A program made the translations under genes and the position numbers. Shown here piece after piece: positions 49,564-60,043 of a DNA stretch of 64,000 nt. Within the stretch, counting starts at the first letter, position 1. Each line of letters starts with the position of its first letter. Source of the DNA: Dehalococcoidia bacterium (GTDB lineage Bacteria; Chloroflexota; Dehalococcoidia; UBA2979); the NCBI GenBank assembly GCA_965262725.1, contig OZ253555.1:3392001-3456000 (forward strand). Direction: 5' to 3'. The notes under the pieces were generated by a model. That model had not been told where the DNA came from. It did not search any database and saw only the letters and a list, made by a program, of their open reading frames with translations.

Positions 49564-50511
49564 GGCTTTGTCAGATCCCAGGGCGCCTTGAGGGGTAGCC
49601 TCGGCCTCACGATAGCGAGGAGCTGCCCGGTGACCTGTCCGCATTGCCTATCGAAAGCAACGTCACGCCGTCGAGGCCGTACCGAGCTCGGCTACCGTCG
49701 GTTTCGGTGCCGTTCCTGCCAACGCCGCTTCAATGAACGGACCGGGACCGCCTTCAACGACATCCGATTCCCGTCCGACATAGCCATGCTCGCCGTGCTC
49801 TGGCGCCTGCGCTACAAGCTCAGCTTCCGCGACGTGGCGGAGCTGCTGCTCGAGCGCGGGTACGTTCTGACCCACGAGACGGTGCGCGACTGGGAAGCGC
49901 GTTTCGCGCCACTTCTCGCAGAGCGGCTTCGCAGGAAGCGCCGCGGCCGGGCCGGGGTTTCCTGGTACATCGACGAGACGTACGTGAAGGTCGGGGGCCG
50001 ATGGTGCTATCTCTACCGGGCGATCGACGGCGACGGGCAGCTCATCGATTCGATGCTCAGCGAGCACCGCGACAAGCACGCGGCACGGCGCTTCCTCCGC
50101 AGGCTGGTCGACGTCGCCGAAGCTCGACCGCTCCGGGTCACGACGGATCGTCACCCCGCATACCCGCGCGCGGTTCGGTGGATCCTCGGAAGGAAGGTCG
50201 TGCACCGTCGTGAGCAGTACCTGAACAACTTCATGGAGCAAGACCACCGAGGCGTGAAGCAGCGCTACTACCCGATGCGTGGCTTCGGGAGCTTCGCGTC
50301 CGCGGCGCGCTTCTGCTCAGCGTTCGATGAGGTGCGCGATTTCTTCCGGTCTCGGTCACGCCGCGGCGAGGTCGTCTCGCTCCCGCAGCAGCGGCAGCTC
50401 TTCGCCGCGCGTTGGCGCTCGCTGGTCTCGGAGATGACGGCGGCCTAGCTGGAGCCGCGGCCCGCTGCCTGAGAACGTGCCGCTCACTACGCCCTCAGAT
50501 CTGACGCTACC
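49564..50511 (+). mobile_element. IS6-family element
   Basis: Imperfect IRs GGCTTTGTCAGATCCCAGGGCG / CGCCCTCAGATCTGACGCTACC. Confidence 0.82.
49630..50448 (+). CDS. IS6-family DDE transposase with N-terminal Zn finger
   Basis: CPHC..CRSC, WYIDETYVKV, YLYRAID, TTD, NNFMEQDHR. Confidence 0.93.
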   Translation: MTCPHCLSKATSRRRGRTELGYRRFRCRSCQRRFNERTGTAFNDIRFPSDIAMLAVLWRLRYKLSFRDVAELLLERGYVLTHETVRDWEARFAPLLAERLRRKRRGRAGVSWYIDETYVKVGGRWCYLYRAIDGDGQLIDSMLSEHRDKHAARRFLRRLVDVAEARPLRVTTDRHPAYPRAVRWILGRKVVHRREQYLNNFMEQDHRGVKQRYYPMRGFGSFASAARFCSAFDEVRDFFRSRSRRGEVVSLPQQRQLFAARWRSLVSEMTAA

Positions 50512-50715
50512 CCTCAGACGTTCTGAGCTAGGACCGCCGCACTTCCCCCGGTTGGGGGGTCTTCACGAGGGTTACGTTGGATAGGCCCTATGCCTCGCCC
50601 TGGCGGGGCGCGATGGTCAACACCCCCGTCATGGCCATCGCTCTAGAATGCGGGCACGCTGCATCTGCTGTGGAAGCGCTCCGAGGACATCCCGAGGTCC
50701 TAGACTGCGGACCTC

Positions 50716-52011
50716 ATGGATGCGCCACCACTGTCATCGCAGTTGGGGCGAGGCGGCGCCGTCGCGGGGGCGCCGCCAACCGAACGCGCCCCCGCACCAG
50801 GCCAGGGCGGCACCTTCGATTCGCTTCGACTGCCGCTCTTCCGGTGGTTCTTTCTCTCTCAGATGGGCCAGTCGGGCGCGATGCAGCTGCAACAGTTGTT
50901 GCGGGGCTATCTCGTGTTCACCCTCACGGGCTCCTTCGCCGCTCTCGGTGTGATGTCGCTCGCGCAGGCGGTCCCGATGCTCTCCTTGTCGCTCGCCGGC
51001 GGCGTCCTAGCCGATCGTCTGCCCAGGAAGCACATTGTGCAGGCGGGTCAGATGATCAACGCGACGAGCGCCGGCTTGATGGCTCTGCTCGTCGCAACAG
51101 GCTGGCTCAGAGTCGAGTACCTGATCGCGAGCGCTGTGCTGCAGGGCGTTGTCATGTCGCTGATGATGCCGGCGCGACAGGCGATGATCCCTGATGTTGT
51201 TGGTCCCAGCCGGCTCATGAACGCGATTGCACTCAACAGCGCGGGCATGCAGTCGATGCGACTCTTCGCCCCAGGCCTTGGCGGCGCCCTGACAGCGTTG
51301 GCGGGGGCCGACTGGGCGTACGGACTCACGGCCGCTCTGTACCTCGTAGCTATCGCTGCGATCGTGCCGCTTCCTCTGGCCCTAGAGGGCGACCGCCATC
51401 TGAATGAGCGCCTCAGCGCAGTGGGCGACGCTGTGCGGGGGCTGCGCTACGTCGCGGGCGACCCCACGTTGCGAGTGCTGCTGCTCGTTAACCAGGTCAC
51501 CGTGGTCCTCGCGATGCCATACATACTTCTCCTCCCGGGGTTCGTCGAGGAGGTCCTCGGCGGTGGCGCCGGCGAGCTGGGGTTGATGATGAGCATCACG
51601 GGGATCGGCTCAGTCGCTGGCTCACTCGCGATTGCGTCCCTCCCGGATCGCCGGCGAGGGATGCTGTTGATGGGCAGCTCGGCGTTCTTGGGAGTCGCGC
51701 TGCTCGCGTTCTCACTGTCTGACACGTTCTGGCTAAGCGCGCTTCTGATGATCGGCGTGGGCTTGGGCAGCGCAGTACGAATGGCCGCGTCCAACGTGCT
51801 GGTACACGCATACGTTGAGGATGAGTACCGAGGAAGGGTCATGAGCGTTTACATGAGCCAGTTCAGCTTGTTGTTCATCGGGGCATTCTTGATGGGGCTG
51901 TTGTCGGAGACGTTCGGCGTGCAGGCGGTACTCGCCGTCGTCTCCGCCGCCCTCACCGTCTTCTCGCTCGCGGTCATTGTCCTCGTCCCACGCATGCGCG
52001 AACTGCAGTAA
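50716..52011 (+). CDS. MFS transporter (MFS_3-like)
   Basis: GGVLADRLPRK, PARQAMIPD, YRGRVMS. Confidence 0.9.
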   Translation: MDAPPLSSQLGRGGAVAGAPPTERAPAPGQGGTFDSLRLPLFRWFFLSQMGQSGAMQLQQLLRGYLVFTLTGSFAALGVMSLAQAVPMLSLSLAGGVLADRLPRKHIVQAGQMINATSAGLMALLVATGWLRVEYLIASAVLQGVVMSLMMPARQAMIPDVVGPSRLMNAIALNSAGMQSMRLFAPGLGGALTALAGADWAYGLTAALYLVAIAAIVPLPLALEGDRHLNERLSAVGDAVRGLRYVAGDPTLRVLLLVNQVTVVLAMPYILLLPGFVEEVLGGGAGELGLMMSITGIGSVAGSLAIASLPDRRRGMLLMGSSAFLGVALLAFSLSDTFWLSALLMIGVGLGSAVRMAASNVLVHAYVEDEYRGRVMSVYMSQFSLLFIGAFLMGLLSETFGVQAVLAVVSAALTVFSLAVIVLVPRMRELQ

Positions 52012-52171
52012 GTGGAGCGCGCATCCCGACTCAGAAGCGACCCGCAGCCTTCCCCCCAATCCGCCCACGCGCCACTGCCTTCCGACTGGGCCGGGGGCGG
52101 CGGATGCGCAACACGGATAGCGGCGATACGCTTCGAGACCGAACTCGAAGCGGGACCCGGAGGAGGCAGTC

Positions 52172-53398
52172 ATGGACTGGGAAGACGCCCCCGACCAGGC
52201 GCGATTCAGGCGCGAGGTCCAAGGCTTCCTCTCGACGAGTCTGCCCGCCCGCTACCGCAAGCTCGCCGAGAGCGACGCCGTCCACGAGGAGCAGCCCTGG
52301 CAGGCCGACCGCCTCTCCGAGAAGACAGAGGAGCGGGCGGTCGCAGACGAGTGGCGGCGTGCGCTCGTCGAGCGCCGCTGGGTCGCTCCCGCATGGCCGG
52401 AAGAGTACGGGGGCGCCGGTCTCGGGGTGACGGAGCAGTTCATCCTGAACGAGGAGATGGCGCGCTCGGGTGCGCCGCTCGTCAACAGCACCGCCGTGAA
52501 CATGCTGGGCCCGTCGGTGATCGTGCACGGGACGGACGAGCAGAAGCGTCAGCAGCTCCCGCTCATCCTCTCGGGCGAGCGGGTCTGGGCGCAGGGCTTC
52601 TCCGAGCCTGGCGCAGGCTCGGACCTCGCCTCGCTCTCCACCCGTGCCGTCCGCGACGGCGACGAGTTCGTCGTCAACGGGCAGAAGATCTGGACGACGC
52701 TGGCCCATCAGTCCGACTGGATCTTCGCGCTCGTCCGGACCGACCCGGACGCTCCGAAGCACCGCGGCATCAGCTTCGTACTCGTGGACAAGCGGATGCC
52801 GGGGGTCACGGTGCAGCCCCTGATCAACGCCGCGTGGATGCACAACTTCAACGAGGTCTTCTTCGAGGACGTGCGCATCCCGGCAACGAACCTCGTGGGC
52901 GAGGAGAATCGCGGGTGGTACGTCGCGATGACACTTCTCGCCTTCGAGCGTTCCGCCGTGGCGCGCGCCGTCCGGCTAGAGCGAGGTGTGCAGAGGCTCG
53001 TCGACTATGCGCGGAGTGAGCGTGGGAGCCGCCAGGCCCGGCTGAGCCAGCTCGACTCGGTGCGGGCGTTACTTGCTGACCGCTATATCGAGACGCAGGT
53101 GCTCTACAACTTCTCGCTGCGGATCATCTCGATTCAGGCGGCCGGCGGCGTGCCGGATTACGAGGCCTCCATCTCCAAGGTCTTCGGCTCCGAGCTAGCT
53201 CAGCGCATCACGCACTCGGCGGCGAAGCTCTTCGGGCTCTACGGTGAGCTCTGGGACCAGGAAGCTCCGTGGGCGCCCATGGAGGGCTCGGTGGCGCAGA
53301 ACTACGTTCTCTCGATCCCGAACACGCTCACGGGCGGCTCCTCCGAGATCCAGCGCAACGTGATCGCCACCCGCGGGCTCGGGCTGCCGCGCGGCTGA
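52172..53398 (+). CDS. Acyl-CoA dehydrogenase
   Basis: AQGFSEPGAGSDLASL, LAFER, GGSSEIQRN. Confidence 0.95.
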   Translation: MDWEDAPDQARFRREVQGFLSTSLPARYRKLAESDAVHEEQPWQADRLSEKTEERAVADEWRRALVERRWVAPAWPEEYGGAGLGVTEQFILNEEMARSGAPLVNSTAVNMLGPSVIVHGTDEQKRQQLPLILSGERVWAQGFSEPGAGSDLASLSTRAVRDGDEFVVNGQKIWTTLAHQSDWIFALVRTDPDAPKHRGISFVLVDKRMPGVTVQPLINAAWMHNFNEVFFEDVRIPATNLVGEENRGWYVAMTLLAFERSAVARAVRLERGVQRLVDYARSERGSRQARLSQLDSVRALLADRYIETQVLYNFSLRIISIQAAGGVPDYEASISKVFGSELAQRITHSAAKLFGLYGELWDQEAPWAPMEGSVAQNYVLSIPNTLTGGSSEIQRNVIATRGLGLPRG

Positions 53399-53412
53399 GC
53401 CGAGGAGCCGAG

Positions 53413-54567
53413 ATGATCACTGACGCGCAGATCCACCTCTGGGAGGCCGACCGGCCGGATCGGCCGTGGACCGACATCAGCGAACCGAATCTGCCGGAGC
53501 CTTTCGGTCCCGAGCGAGTGCTGCCGATCCTCGACGCGGCGGGCGTCGACCGGACGATCATCGTCCCGCCCGGGTTCATGGGCACCAACAACGAGTACGC
53601 GCTCGAGTGCGCGGGGCGCCATCCGACCCGCATGGCAGTGATGGGGCTCATCAACCCGGCCGCGCCGGACGCTCCGGAGCTCGTGGAGCGATGGCGAGAG
53701 CAGCCGGGAATGCTCGGGATCCGCACCCACGTCCACCCGCGTCTGCGTGCGTTCTGGGGCTCGGACGACGCGGCCGACGCGTTCTGGGCGGCCTGTGAGA
53801 AGGAAGCACTGCCCGTCGCCATCTTCAACGCCGGCGCGAAAGACTACGTGGCGCGCATCCTCCGGGAGCACCCCGGGCTGCACCTCGTGATCGACCACAT
53901 GGGATTACCGATGGCGATGGCGGAGCTCGACTCGCTCGAGCACGCGGAGATCCGGGCCACGCTGGAGTTCGCGCGATACCCGAACGTGGCGGTCAAGGTC
54001 AGCACGTCGCCGATGTTCGTCGCGTCGCCACACTCCACCGAACTCGTGCGGCGGCTCCGCGACTCCTACGGGGCCCGACGGATGCTCTGGGCCACCGACC
54101 ACACGCAGGCTCTCCGGCGCGGCGAGGACCGCTACGAGGACGCGCTCGACTTCGTGCGGGGGCTCGCCTTCCTCTCCGAGGACGAGAAGGTGTGGATCCT
54201 GGGGCGCGCGGCGGCGGAGTACCTGGGGTGGCCCGAAGGAGCGCCCTCGACGGCGAGCCCCAGCGAGCGGCGGACCTCCACCGTGAGCGATAGCGAGCCC
54301 CGAATAGAGGTCGCGCGGCGCGGCGGCGGCGAGTTCTCGGTGCGCGTTGAGGACGGAGCGAGCGCGAGAGAATACGACGTGACCGTCCCGAAGGCGTTGG
54401 TGGAGGAGCTCGGGGTCTCGGCCGAGCGCCTCGTGGAGGAGTCGTTCCGCTTCCTGCTCGAGCGTGAGCCGAAGGAGTCGATCCTCCAGAACTTCACGCT
54501 CCCGGTCATCGAGCAGTATTTCCCGGAGTACCCGCAAGAGATCCGACGCCGGCTCCAGATCACCTAG
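53413..54567 (+). CDS. Amidohydrolase_2 protein reading in frame into a ~94-aa small domain (GTG at 54283)
   Basis: DAQIH, IDHMG, WATD, ILGRAAAEYL, then linker and ESFRFLLEREPKESIL..YFPEY. Confidence 0.8.
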   Translation: MITDAQIHLWEADRPDRPWTDISEPNLPEPFGPERVLPILDAAGVDRTIIVPPGFMGTNNEYALECAGRHPTRMAVMGLINPAAPDAPELVERWREQPGMLGIRTHVHPRLRAFWGSDDAADAFWAACEKEALPVAIFNAGAKDYVARILREHPGLHLVIDHMGLPMAMAELDSLEHAEIRATLEFARYPNVAVKVSTSPMFVASPHSTELVRRLRDSYGARRMLWATDHTQALRRGEDRYEDALDFVRGLAFLSEDEKVWILGRAAAEYLGWPEGAPSTASPSERRTSTVSDSEPRIEVARRGGGEFSVRVEDGASAREYDVTVPKALVEELGVSAERLVEESFRFLLEREPKESILQNFTLPVIEQYFPEYPQEIRRRLQIT

Positions 54568-54734
54568 ACAGGGCCAGCCGCTCGGGCGCACTCGGGAGCA
54601 CGCCGCCGACATGCTCACGCGTCCAGATCCTCGCCCGGCGTGGCAGACTTCGCCCGACGAACCGCGGGGCACCTGCAGTTCACACACGAGCAAGATGGCC
54701 CTCTCGGTCTGAGGACGACGAAACGCGGGCATTC

Positions 54735-54985
54735 GTGACCAGCGAGCGCGGTGGCGGACCACTCGCGGGAACGGTAGTCCTCGACTGCGCTGACAGCATG
54801 GCCGGCGCGTTCGCGACGCGGCTGCTCGCCGACCCGGCACGCGCGTGCTGGTCATCGAGCCGCCGAATGGCGGGCGGCTCCTCTCGGTCCGTTCCCCGCG
54901 ACCGCCCCGATCCCGAGCGCGGCGGGCTGCACCTGGCGCTAGACGCTGGGAAGGAAAGCGTCGCGCTGGACCTCAGCCGGCAGAA
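54735..54985 (+). pseudogene. Family III CoA-transferase N-terminal remnant, paralog of 42226-44616
   Basis: PLAGTVVLDC..PERGGLHLALDAGKESVALDL vs PLTGTVVVDC..PERGGLHLALNAGKESVVLDV. Confidence 0.8.
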
Positions 54986-55013
54986 CGGGCAGCGCAGCCA
55001 CGACCGCCAGTGG

Positions 55014-56057
55014 CTAGACCGCACTCGGCGCGCATGCCTGCATCACCGCGCGCACGGCGTCGAGCCCCGGCCGCCCAGGCACGACGCGAACGAGCGCGAC
55101 ATCGAGACCAGCGCCCAGCGCCTCGAAGTGCTCGCGTGCGCCCGCTGGCGCCCCGAAGTACCCCACACTCAGTAGCAACTCGTCGGTCGCTGCGTCGGCG
55201 ATCTCGTCTGCGGAGGCCCCTGCGCTGCGCCGCTCGTCGAGCTCGGCGAGTTCGTCGGCGAACCCCATGCGCTCGAAGTGCGGTCGGTATCCGAAGCGGC
55301 GGTCGCGGGCGCCGACCTCCGGTCCGAGCGCATAGCCAACGGTGGCCCGCGCAAGTGCGCGGCGAGCGACGGACACGTCCTCGTCGACCGACACGCGTAT
55401 GTACTCGACGAGAGGCAGGGTTCCCGCGAGGCGACCCGCACGTGCAGCCCCCACGTCGACGGCTCGCCGCGCATCGGCCACCTGGGCTGCAGTGCACCAG
55501 TTCAGGCAGATGCCGTCGGCGACCTCCCCGCCGAGGTCGAGCATCCGCGGACCGAGCGCGCCCAGGTAGACCGGGGTTCGAGGAGGCGGCTCTATCCCGA
55601 GACGCTGCCCGTGGACGGCCAGCCCAGGGCCGTCGTAGTCCACGGCCTCCCCTGCCAGGAGGGCGCGAATCGTCGTGAGGTAGTCCCGCATGATCGCGAG
55701 CGTCGAGTTCGTCCGGAAGCCCCATCGCCTCCCGGAACTCCGGTCGATAGAGGCCACCAGTGCCGATCCCGAGCACGAACCGACCGTCGGTCATGGCACC
55801 GAGCGTCCCGGCGCTCTTTGCGAATCCCATCGGCGTCCGGTAGGCGACGGGTGAGACCGAGATCCCCGTCGAGAGTCCGCCTGGCTTCACGTCGCAGCTC
55901 GCGCGCCAGCGCAGTGCGCACAGCTGGAAGGAGTCCAGGCCAGCTCCCTCCGGAGTCCACAGCTGCTCGTAGCCGAGCTCCGCCGCTTCGCCTGCGAGGT
56001 CGACTGGTCCTCGAGACGAAGCCCGAGCGTGAAGTCGAGCCCGAGCCCGATTCGCAT
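55014..56057 (-). pseudogene. LLM-class oxidoreductase with two frameshifts
   Basis: MRIGLG / AAELGYEQLWTPE..GRFVLGIG / PVYLGALGPRML..ADG in three frame segments. Confidence 0.8.
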
Positions 56058-56077
56058 GGACAGTCCCTCCCTGGACG

Positions 56078-57415
56078 CTACTTCTCGGCCAGGAGTCGCA
56101 GCGCGATCGCCTCGGCAAGGCATGCGCGCTTCAGCTCCCCGAGGTCCTGGCTCTCATCCGGAGCGTGTACCGCGCTGGCCGGATCCCCGACCCCGGTGAG
56201 GAGTATCTCGGCTTCCGGATACGCGGCGGCGAGCGCCGCCACGAGCGGAATCGAGCCTCCAATGCCCACCTCCACGGCCGGACGACCCCATGCCTCCGCC
56301 AGCCCCTCGCGAAACGCCGCATAGGCCGGGCCGCTGGAGTCGAGCTCGAAGGGCGCTCCCTGGACGCCCTCGGTGACGACGACCTCGGCCCCCCACGGCG
56401 CGTGCGACTCGAGGTGACGCCGCAGGGCCCGCATCGCTCGCTCCGGATCGTCCCCCGGGGCGAGCCGGACGCTGACCTTCGCGCGTGCTGAAGGCAGGAG
56501 CTGGTTGATCGCGTCGTCGATGCGCGGAGCGTCCAGCGCGAGCACCGAAATCGCAGGCTCCATCCAGAGACGCTGCGTGACGCTGCCATCGGCGAGCAGC
56601 TGTACGCCCGGTAGCACTCCTGCCTGCTGGCGGAGCTCCGCCTCGCTCAGCTCCACGGATGGCGCCTCTCCGGCGGTCAGTCCCTCGACTGCCGGTCGGC
56701 CGTCGGCTTCGTGGAGCGTGGCGAGAAGACGGGCGAGCGCCGTGAGCGCATCGGGCACAGGGCCGCCGAAGAGGCCGCTGTGCACGCCGCTCGTCAGCGT
56801 GCGGACCTCCACGACGCAGTCGACGATCCCCCGAAGCGAGGTGGTGAGAGCGGGCTCGCCGACACGCCAGTTCAGCGAGTCCGCGACTACGACGACGTCC
56901 GCGGCGAGCCGCTCTCCGTGACGCTTGAGGAACTCCGCGAGGTGAGGCGAGCCGATCTCCTCCTCGCCTTCGACGAGCACCTTGATGTCGACCGGCGGCG
57001 CGTCAGCGAGGGCGCGGAGCGCCCCGAGGTGAATCGCGATCCCGGACTTGTCGTCCGAAGCGCCGCGACCGTAGATGCGGCTGCCGCGCTCAATCGGCTC
57101 GAAAGGCGGGGTCGTCCAGGCGCGCTCGTCCCCCGGCGGCTGGACGTCGTAGTGCGCGTAGAGGAGCACGGTCGGCGTCGCCGTCGGGCCCGCCACCTCC
57201 CCGAAGACGGCCGGCGCGCCGCCGTCAACCTCAAGCAACTCGACTCGCTGCATCCCGACGTCGGAGAGGAGATCGCGTGTCAGATCGGCTGCGGGGCGGA
57301 GGTCGCCTGACGGAAGGCCAGCCGCGCTAGCGGATGGAATACGGATGAGGCTTTCGAGCGCGCCCTGCGTGAGCGAGAACCCCTCATCGACGCGAGCGCG
57401 GAGATCTTCGTGCAC
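56078..57415 (-). CDS. M20-family dipeptidase
   Basis: LYAHYDVQP, GRGASDDK, EGEEE, HSG, HAPDES. Confidence 0.92.
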   Translation of the reverse strand: MHEDLRARVDEGFSLTQGALESLIRIPSASAAGLPSGDLRPAADLTRDLLSDVGMQRVELLEVDGGAPAVFGEVAGPTATPTVLLYAHYDVQPPGDERAWTTPPFEPIERGSRIYGRGASDDKSGIAIHLGALRALADAPPVDIKVLVEGEEEIGSPHLAEFLKRHGERLAADVVVVADSLNWRVGEPALTTSLRGIVDCVVEVRTLTSGVHSGLFGGPVPDALTALARLLATLHEADGRPAVEGLTAGEAPSVELSEAELRQQAGVLPGVQLLADGSVTQRLWMEPAISVLALDAPRIDDAINQLLPSARAKVSVRLAPGDDPERAMRALRRHLESHAPWGAEVVVTEGVQGAPFELDSSGPAYAAFREGLAEAWGRPAVEVGIGGSIPLVAALAAAYPEAEILLTGVGDPASAVHAPDESQDLGELKRACLAEAIALRLLAEK

Positions 57416-57431
57416 GGCGAGATGCTGGCGC

Positions 57432-58532
57432 TCAGGCCCCGCGCGTTGGGAGAGAGACCACGACCGGGCCGGGGCCAACCGAGACGCCGCGAGAGATCTC
57501 GCTGCGCATCTCGAGCTCGACCAGGCGATCGCCATCTTCGTCCCAAACCCGCCGCACGACACCGCTCGTCACCACCGTCTCGCCGACGGTGTTGAAGACA
57601 CCCATGCGCATCGGGCCGACGCGGCGCACGCGCCCGGCGAGCCCGATGTACTCGCGGACCGCGCGCTCCCACCACCCCTGGATGAAGATGCTATTCGCGA
57701 ACATCGCCGGTGCACCCCACGCATGGGCCACATTCGAGTTGTAGTGGACGGGGCTGAAGTCGCGGTTCGCGCCCGCCTCGACGACGAGGCGAGCTACGGT
57801 GAGGTTGATGGCGACCGGCGGCACTTCGTCGCCGACTTCGATCTCCTCGATGTAGCGCTGCTTCGCCCAGTCAGCGGGCGCGGCGTCCACGGCAGCTGCC
57901 CGAGCATCGCTGGGCCCAGCGGCCGGTTCCTCAGCGGCGGGTCTCCTCGCGACCGAATCGGCGTTCGGATGCGGGCTGTAGTGGAAGCCAGAGTTGTTGA
58001 TCCTGGCGACGAGCGCCCCGTCCTGGTTGTGGACCTCGCTCTGAAGCGTCATGAACGCGCCGCGGCCGACGCTGGTCTCCCTCGGCGTCACCGACAGGAG
58101 ACGGCGACCGCTCGATACGAGCCGGTCCCCGACGCAGACCGGCTCGACGTACTCGGTCTCGATGCCCGAGACGAAGGACCGCGTCCCAGGCGGCTCGGGC
58201 AACGGCGGTAGCTGCTCCTCGGGCGTCTCCATGCTGATCGGAGCGTCCGGCTCCGGCGTCGCGTAGCGCGTCGGATCGCCCGGGCGCCAATGGGCTCGCC
58301 TCACCCAGGTCGAGACACCGCTCGCCGGCGCGACGATGTCGCGGAAGCCGAACTGACGCGCGACTTCTGCGTCGTGATGAAGCGGACACCCGAGCTCGAG
58401 CGCCTCGCAGAACCGCCGGACAGCCCCGGCCTCCACAGCGTCGGCTGCGACCGACGGACTCCCGCTGGAGAAGTCGCGGCCGATCGCTGCGATGGCAGGC
58501 TCCCACGCTTGCGTCCAGCTAGTCGTGGTCAC
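57432..58532 (-). CDS. Double hot-dog MaoC-like acyl-CoA hydratase, paralog of 37709-38800
   Basis: Collinear high similarity; NRDFSPVHY. Confidence 0.85.
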   Translation of the reverse strand: MTTTSWTQAWEPAIAAIGRDFSSGSPSVAADAVEAGAVRRFCEALELGCPLHHDAEVARQFGFRDIVAPASGVSTWVRRAHWRPGDPTRYATPEPDAPISMETPEEQLPPLPEPPGTRSFVSGIETEYVEPVCVGDRLVSSGRRLLSVTPRETSVGRGAFMTLQSEVHNQDGALVARINNSGFHYSPHPNADSVARRPAAEEPAAGPSDARAAAVDAAPADWAKQRYIEEIEVGDEVPPVAINLTVARLVVEAGANRDFSPVHYNSNVAHAWGAPAMFANSIFIQGWWERAVREYIGLAGRVRRVGPMRMGVFNTVGETVVTSGVVRRVWDEDGDRLVELEMRSEISRGVSVGPGPVVVSLPTRGA

Positions 58533-58728
58533 GACCCCTCCAGACCCTACCTCGGTGCGCCCCGGGGTCTTCATACCATCCGGGGGGCACGGCCGATCAG
58601 CCAGCGCGCCTCGTCGGTGGAGTACGCCGTCCCTCCGACCGGAGGGTTCGCGCGGATGTGCGCGTCGCCTACTCGGCCGACACGACCCATCGAATAGACT
58701 GGCGACCGGCGAGCAGCAGGAGGAGCCG

Positions 58729-58929
58729 CTGGCGACTGACCCACCGCCTGCGAGCGAAGAGGTCGAGAGGTACGCCCGGCAGACGGGGCTGATCAACCTG
58801 ACGTCGGACCAGATGGAAGAGCTCCGGCAGGCGGCCGCATACGCGCGTGATCTGCTCGCGAGGCTACCTCGCGACTTCACATTGACCGATGAGCCGGCCC
58901 ACATCTTCCGCGCAAGCGATGACGCATGA
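58729..58929 (+). CDS. Small GatC/AtzG-like amidase partner protein
   Basis: 66 aa ending DEPAHIF; AGGAGG RBS before CTG; stop overlaps amidase ATG (ATGA). Confidence 0.6.
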   Translation: MATDPPPASEEVERYARQTGLINLTSDQMEELRQAAAYARDLLARLPRDFTLTDEPAHIFRASDDA

Positions 58930-59939
58930 CCGCGCCTGATCTCGCGTGGCTGACGATTGCGGGGGCTGCGAGCCTGATCCGCGACCGAAAGCTCTCGCCC
59001 GTCGAGTACGTCGAGGCGCTCTACGCCCGCTCCGACACGCTCGACAAGCAGGTCAAGAGCTACCTCTGCGTCACCCGCGACGTCGCGATGCACGAGGCGA
59101 AGCGGGCCGAAGCGGAGATCGCCCGGGGTACCTACAAGGGCCCGCTTCACGGCATTCCCTACGGCCTCAAGGACATCTTCGACTACGCGGGCGTTCCGAC
59201 GACCGCGCACTCCAGGCTGCTCAAGGACAACGTTCCCGATCGCGACGCGACTGTCACGGCCAAGCTGAAGGAGGCGGGCGCGGTACTCCTCGGAAAGATG
59301 GCGACTCACGAGTTCGCGCTCGGGGGGCCGTCCTTCGACCTCCCCTGGCCGCCGCCGCGGAACCCCTGGAACCTCGACTACTTCACCGGGGGATCGTCCA
59401 GCGGATCGGCCGCCGCGGTGGCCGCCGGGTTCATGCCTGCAGCGCTCGGCTCGGACACGGGCGGGTCGATTCGCGGTCCGGCATCCCTATGCGGCCTGGT
59501 CGGCATGAAGCCGACCTACGGCCGCGTCAGCCGCGCGGGCGTCGTGCCCCTCGCTCACAGCCTCGACACTGCCGGGCCGCTGACGCGCACGGTGGAGGAC
59601 AGCGCCCTCGTGCTGAACGCGATCGCGGGCCACGACCCGCGCGACGTCGCCAGCGCCGATGTCGCGCGGCCTGACTTCACCAGCGACCTCCGAGCCGGCG
59701 CACGGGGGCTGCGGGTCGGCGTCGTCCGCCACTTCTACACCCGCGACATCGAGCCAGACGCGGAGGTGCTGCAAGGCGTCGAAGACGCAGTCGACGTACT
59801 CACCCGGCAATCCGACGTCGTCCTGCTCGCCGTGCGTCGGCGGATTGTCCGCTCCGAGCTGAGGCTCGGTTCGAGGCAGGCGCGCCGTCGCATGCGGGCC
59901 CACCAGCGATCGTCGGAACTCGATACCGGCGCGTTCTAG
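58926..59939 (+). pseudogene. Amidase-signature enzyme, C-terminally truncated
   Basis: [28 protein letters not shown]; family-like sequence ends near 59810. Confidence 0.82.
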
Positions 59940-60043
59940 AGGCGGATGGGATATTGGCGCCCCACGACCTCGACCGCGCGGGGAAGCAGTGCAGCCGCAA
60001 CGGCGCGCCGCTCTACCTTGACCAGCACTCCAGTAAGTGAAGT

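Noticed and set aside
49489-49629. N-terminal extension of the IS6 transposase ORF
   Set aside because: It starts outside the left IR (49564); probably the stub of an interrupted gene that is in frame by chance
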